Origin: Thermoanaerobaculia bacterium
GTDB lineage: Bacteria; Acidobacteriota; Thermoanaerobaculia; UBA5066
NCBI GenBank assembly: GCA_963816185.1
Contig: CAWFJJ010000008.1
Coordinates: 1 to 64,000 of the forward strand
Reading direction: 5' to 3'
Length of the DNA stretch: 64,000 nt
Part shown: positions 60,142 through 64,000 of the stretch, in pieces
How the letters are laid out: each line of letters begins with the position of its first letter
Numbering within the stretch: position 1 is the stretch's first letter
The notes under the pieces: model-generated
What the model saw: the letters and a program-made list of their open reading frames with translations, nothing else
Told to the model about the DNA's origin: nothing
Databases searched by the model: none
Made by a program: the position numbers and the translations under genes

Positions 60142-61151
60142 CGTCCCGCCGCCCGGCGCTCGTGTGGGGGATCGCTCTCCTCGTCGTGCTCGCCGCCGCG
60201 CTTGGCGCGTCGCTCCTTCTCGGAAGCGTCGCGCTCGGACCCGGTGCCGTGTTCCGGGCGCTTCTCGGCGTCGGCGACGCTTCGACGGTCTCGATCGTGC
60301 GCGATCTCCGGCTCCCTCGAGCGCTCCTCGCCGTGCTCGTGGGCGGCGCGCTCGCGCTCTCGGGCGCGGCGCTCCAGGCGCTGCTCGGAAATCCTCTCGC
60401 CGACCCGTATCTCCTCGGCGTCTCCGGCGGCGCCGCGTGCGGGACGCTCGTGGGCTCGCTGCTCGGCCTCGGAGCTTCGGTGGGCGCACGCTCCGGCGTC
60501 CTCGACTCTCTCGCGCTGCCCCTCGCCGCGTTTCTCGGCGCCCTCGCGGCCGTTCTCGTCGTCGGGCTGGGCGCTTCCGCCGGAGGCCGGCTGGACCGTG
60601 GGCGGCTCCTTCTCTCGGGCGTCGTCGTGAACGCGCTCGCGTCGGCCGTGCTCCTTTTCCTCCTCTCCTTCGGCGACGCCTCGCGGTCGCGGACGTTCGT
60701 CTTCTGGATGCTCGGCTCGCTCGCGGGCGCCACACCGGGCGCGATCCTCGCCTTGTCGGTCTACGCGGCGCTCGGCCTCGCGTTGCTCCTTCCGCTCGCG
60801 CGCGCGTTCGACGCGCTCACCCTGGGAGAGGAGACCGCCGCGACGCTCGGGATCCGCGTCGAAACCGCGAAGCGCACGGCCTATCTCGCCGCCTCGCTCC
60901 TCGCCGCGGCGGCGGTGGCCTACGCGGGAATCATCGGGTTCGTGGGCCTTCTCGTCCCGCACGCCGTCCGCCGCATCACGCGCTCGCACCGCGCGCTGCT
61001 CCTCCTCTCCTTTCTCGGAGGCGCCCTCCTCCTCGTCGTGTCGGATGTCGCCGCGCGTTCGCTCTTCGCTCCCGCAGAAATCTCGGTGGGCGCCATCACG
61101 GCCCTCCTCGGGGCGCCGGCATTTCTTCTTCTCCTGAGGGCGCGACCGTGA
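60138..61151 (+). CDS. FecCD/BtuC-family ABC permease
   Basis: LRLPR, GNPLADPYLLGVSGGA, LGEETA..LG, IGFVGLLVPH. Confidence 0.92.
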   Translation: MTSRRPALVWGIALLVVLAAALGASLLLGSVALGPGAVFRALLGVGDASTVSIVRDLRLPRALLAVLVGGALALSGAALQALLGNPLADPYLLGVSGGAACGTLVGSLLGLGASVGARSGVLDSLALPLAAFLGALAAVLVVGLGASAGGRLDRGRLLLSGVVVNALASAVLLFLLSFGDASRSRTFVFWMLGSLAGATPGAILALSVYAALGLALLLPLARAFDALTLGEETAATLGIRVETAKRTAYLAASLLAAAAVAYAGIIGFVGLLVPHAVRRITRSHRALLLLSFLGGALLLVVSDVAARSLFAPAEISVGAITALLGAPAFLLLLRARP

Positions 61152-61934
61152 CCGGCGCCGCTCGCCGCCGAGGCGCTGGCCGCCGGATACGGCCCGCGCG
61201 ACGTCCTCGAGGACGTGACGTGGACGTTCGAGACGGGCCGCGTCACCGCGCTGCTCGGCGAGAACGGCGCGGGGAAGTCGACGCTCCTGAAGGTGCTCGC
61301 CGGGATCGTGCCCGTGCGGCGCGGGACCGTCCGACTCGGCGGGCGTCCCCTGTCCGGGATTCCGCGGCGCGAGGCCGCGCGTGCGATCGGCTATCTCCCG
61401 CAGGGCTTCGAGCCGCTCTTCCCGATTCTCGCCCGGGATCTCGTCCTCCTGGGCCGAACTCCGTGGCGGACGGCATTCGGCGCGCCCTCGGCGCGAGACC
61501 GCGCGGCCGTCGAGTCCTCGCTGGCCGAGATGGACGCCCTCACGCTCGCCGAGACCGATCTCGGCGCGATGAGCGGCGGCGAGCGCCAGCGGGTCCTGCT
61601 CGCGCGAGTCCTGGCCGGCGAGCCTGAGGTCCTCCTCCTGGACGAGCCGACCGCGAACCTCGATCCGCGCCACCGGTTTCTCGTGATCGACGCGATGCGG
61701 AGCCGCGCGGACCATGGAGGCGCGGTCGTCTTCTCCACGCACGAGCTGGACGTCGCCACGACGGGCGCCGACGACGCGCTGCTCCTCTCGGGCGGCCGCG
61801 TGCTCGCGGCCGGCTCTCTCGTCGAGACGCTCACCGAGCCCCTCTTGTCCGAGCTCTTCTCCGTCGCGGCCTGCATCACGCCCGGCGCGGGCGGACGGCC
61901 GATCGTCTCTCTCGGTCCCGCGCGGGCGAGCTAA
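61148..61934 (+). CDS. BtuD/FecE-like ABC ATPase, probable frameshift near 61152
   Basis: GENGAGKST, MSGGERQR, LLDEPT.NLD, STH; the coupled GTG at 61148 is out of frame by one base. Confidence 0.88.
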
Positions 61935-61952
61935 GATCCCCGGTTCTTGGCG

Positions 61953-62807
61953 ATGTGGTTTCGAAAGGACAAGATTCCGCGCGCTCCACGCGATCCGAAG
62001 ACGAGCTCTTCGCTGGGCGAAGGCCTGTTCCTGAAATGCGACGGATGCCGGGAGGCGCTTTACCTGAAGGAAGTCGAGCGCAATCTCCGCGTGTGCCCGA
62101 AGTGCGGCTTCCATTTCCGGATGTCGGCGGCCGAGCGAATGCGGCTCTTGCTCGGGGAAGCGGGCGGCCAGCCGCTCTTCGCCGACGTCCGGCCCACGGA
62201 CCCGCTCAAGTTCAAGGACAGCAAGCGCTATCGCGACCGCCTGAAGGAATCCGAGGCGAAGACGGGGCGGCCCGACGCGATTCTCACGGCGAGGGGCACG
62301 ATCGAGGACGTCCCGGCCATCGTCGCGATTCTCGATTACGCGTTCATGGGCGGCTCGATGGGCTCGGTCGTGGGCGAGGTTCTGACGCGAGCGGCCGAGC
62401 AGGCGCTCGCCGAGCGAGTCCCGCTCGTGATCGTGACGGCGTCCGGCGGCGCGCGCATGCAGGAGGGGATTCTCTCCCTCATGCAGATGGGAAAAGTCTC
62501 CGCGTCGCTCGCGCGTCTCGGCGCCGCGCGCGTGCCGTACGTCGCGGTTCTCACGGACCCGACGACGGGAGGCGTCACGGCGTCCTTCGCGATGCTCGGG
62601 GACGTCACGCTCGCCGAGCCGAAGGCGCTCATCGGCTTCGCGGGCCCGCGCGTCATCGAGCAGACGATCCGACAGACGCTGCCCGAAGGCTTCCAGAGGT
62701 CGGAGTTCCTCCAGGAGCACGGCTTCGTGGACATCGTCGTGCAGCGCGCCGACATGCGCGCGACCGTCGCGCGCGTCCTGCGGCTGCTGTCGAGCCCAGC
62801 GGCTTGA
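61953..62807 (+). CDS. accD: Acetyl-CoA carboxylase carboxyltransferase beta subunit
   Basis: CDGC/CPKC zinc ribbon, FMGGSMG, SGGARMQEG, PTTGGVTASF, GFAGPRVI. Confidence 0.97.
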   Translation: MWFRKDKIPRAPRDPKTSSSLGEGLFLKCDGCREALYLKEVERNLRVCPKCGFHFRMSAAERMRLLLGEAGGQPLFADVRPTDPLKFKDSKRYRDRLKESEAKTGRPDAILTARGTIEDVPAIVAILDYAFMGGSMGSVVGEVLTRAAEQALAERVPLVIVTASGGARMQEGILSLMQMGKVSASLARLGAARVPYVAVLTDPTTGGVTASFAMLGDVTLAEPKALIGFAGPRVIEQTIRQTLPEGFQRSEFLQEHGFVDIVVQRADMRATVARVLRLLSSPAA

Positions 62808-62816
62808 GTTTGGTCC

Positions 62817-63008
62817 GAAGAGGTTTCTTTCTTAGATGTGGCGGCTGCTGATACGGCAGCTCGGGGGAAGAGGGATTTCTTTCTCATATGCGGCGGCTGC
62901 TGATGCAGCCGCCGATAGACGAGAAATCTTTCTCTCGAACTCCCGGAGTCGAGGGCGCGCTTCGCGCGCCGCATAGCGGTCGAAGACCCTTGACGCCGGG
63001 AGTTCGAG
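62817..63008. repeat. Structured intergenic element: tandem repeats plus long inverted repeat
   Basis: Two approximately 38-nt direct repeats (62817 and 62867); hairpin 62891-62914; inverted repeat 62934-62955 / 62987-63008. Confidence 0.75.
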
Positions 63009-63018
63009 GAATATCCGA

Positions 63019-64000
63019 ATGAATTCTCAATCCGGTCTGGCGTGGCTCGAATCTTTGGGCCCGCAGAGGATCCGCCCGGGCCTCGGCCGAACGCGTGCCC
63101 TCTTGGCCTCTCTAGGAAATCCCGAATCTTCATTTTCTTCGATTCTCGTTGGTGGCACGAACGGGAAGGGTTCGACCGCCGCGACGATCTCGGCGGTGCT
63201 CACGGCCGCGGGCGTGCCCTGCGGGCTCTATACGTCGCCTCACCTCGTCTCCGTGACGGAGCGCGTGCGGGTCTCGGACCGTGATGTCTCCGCCGCCGCG
63301 CTCGATGAAGTCCTCCGGCTCATCGCGGCGGTCGCGGCGCCGGGGCTACGCGGGCCGACGTACTTCGAGGCGCTCACGGTCGCGGCGTTCGAGCTGTTTC
63401 GGCGTGCGCGTGTCCAGACCGCGGTCGTGGAAGTCGGGATCGGAGGGCGGCTCGACGCGACGAACGTCCTTTCGCCCGAGGTCTCGGTCGTGACGAACGT
63501 CGCCGCCGACCATCTCGACGTGCTCGGCCCCGCGCTCGAGGACGTCGCGCGTGAGAAGGCGGGAATCTTCAGAAAGGGCCAGCCGGCGCTCCTCGGGGCG
63601 TCGGGCACCGCCGAGGGCCCGCGCGCGGTTCTCCATTCCGAGGCGCGGCGGATCGGGGCGCGGCTCGTCGAGATCCCTCCGGCGCCGGACGTGGCTTTCG
63701 CGCTGCCGGGCGCGCACCAGAAACAGAACCTCGCGCTCGCGCTCGCGGCCGCGCGCGCCGTCGCGCCTCTCGACGAGGCCGCCGTCTCGCGCGGACTCGC
63801 GGCCGTACGCTGGCGAGGCCGCCTGCAGAGGCTCGAACGGGAAGGAGCGAGGCCCCTCCTTCTCGACGGTGCGCACAATCCGGCGGCGGCCTCCGCGCTC
63901 GCGGAATATCTCGACGCGACCGGCCTCGCGGGCCGGGTCGACCTTCTCTTCGGCGGCCTCGCGGACAAGGACCTGCCGGGCGTCTTCGCGCCGCTCGCCG
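63019..64000 (+). CDS. folC: Folylpolyglutamate synthase/dihydrofolate synthase (3' end runs off the window)
   Basis: Hand translation from ATG 63019: GGTNGKGST, YTSPHL, TYFE, EVGIGGRLDATN, DH, EKAGI, HQ..N, W.GR, LDGAHN; accD-folC synteny. Confidence 0.95.
   Translation, partial: MNSQSGLAWLESLGPQRIRPGLGRTRALLASLGNPESSFSSILVGGTNGKGSTAATISAVLTAAGVPCGLYTSPHLVSVTERVRVSDRDVSAAALDEVLRLIAAVAAPGLRGPTYFEALTVAAFELFRRARVQTAVVEVGIGGRLDATNVLSPEVSVVTNVAADHLDVLGPALEDVAREKAGIFRKGQPALLGASGTAEGPRAVLHSEARRIGARLVEIPPAPDVAFALPGAHQKQNLALALAAARAVAPLDEAAVSRGLAAVRWRGRLQRLEREGARPLLLDGAHNPAAASALAEYLDATGLAGRVDLLFGGLADKDLPGVFAPLA

Noticed and set aside
62817-62905. CRISPR mini-array
   Set aside because: Only two diverged units, a very short spacer and no cas genes

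Overview
High-GC bacterial chromosome segment with about 60 densely packed, mostly housekeeping genes: purE, icd, asnA, aceK, fabH-like, gnd, ppk2, gltA, lepB, queF, fba, gatB, ftsEX, ruvC, yebC, mtaB, btuFCD-like, accD and folC. Gene content (Hanks kinases, DUF4388, TonB fusion) suggests Acidobacteriota/Thermoanaerobaculia, but this is inference only. I found no rRNA, tRNA, CRISPR array, transposase or integrase. At least seven genes have single-base frameshifts, most likely assembly errors. The most notable signals are: (1) a lower-GC palindromic element (arms TTTCTTMGAAGG.. / ..TTCACCTTCKAAGAA, with a compensatory change) sitting in-frame inside three unrelated proteins; (2) a 1.3-kb recombinase-free islet bounded by 14-bp direct repeats and internal inverted repeats, carrying an HNH/SEC-C nuclease; (3) a pseudo-receiver/Ser-Thr kinase/TM/TonB-C protein upstream of a BtuFCD-like importer; (4) a YchF paralog trimmed to its G-domain; (5) many apparently leaderless genes, including a symmetric bidirectional -10 element; (6) a peptidase C26-crotonase fusion beside a KS/CLF/C45/acyltransferase cluster.
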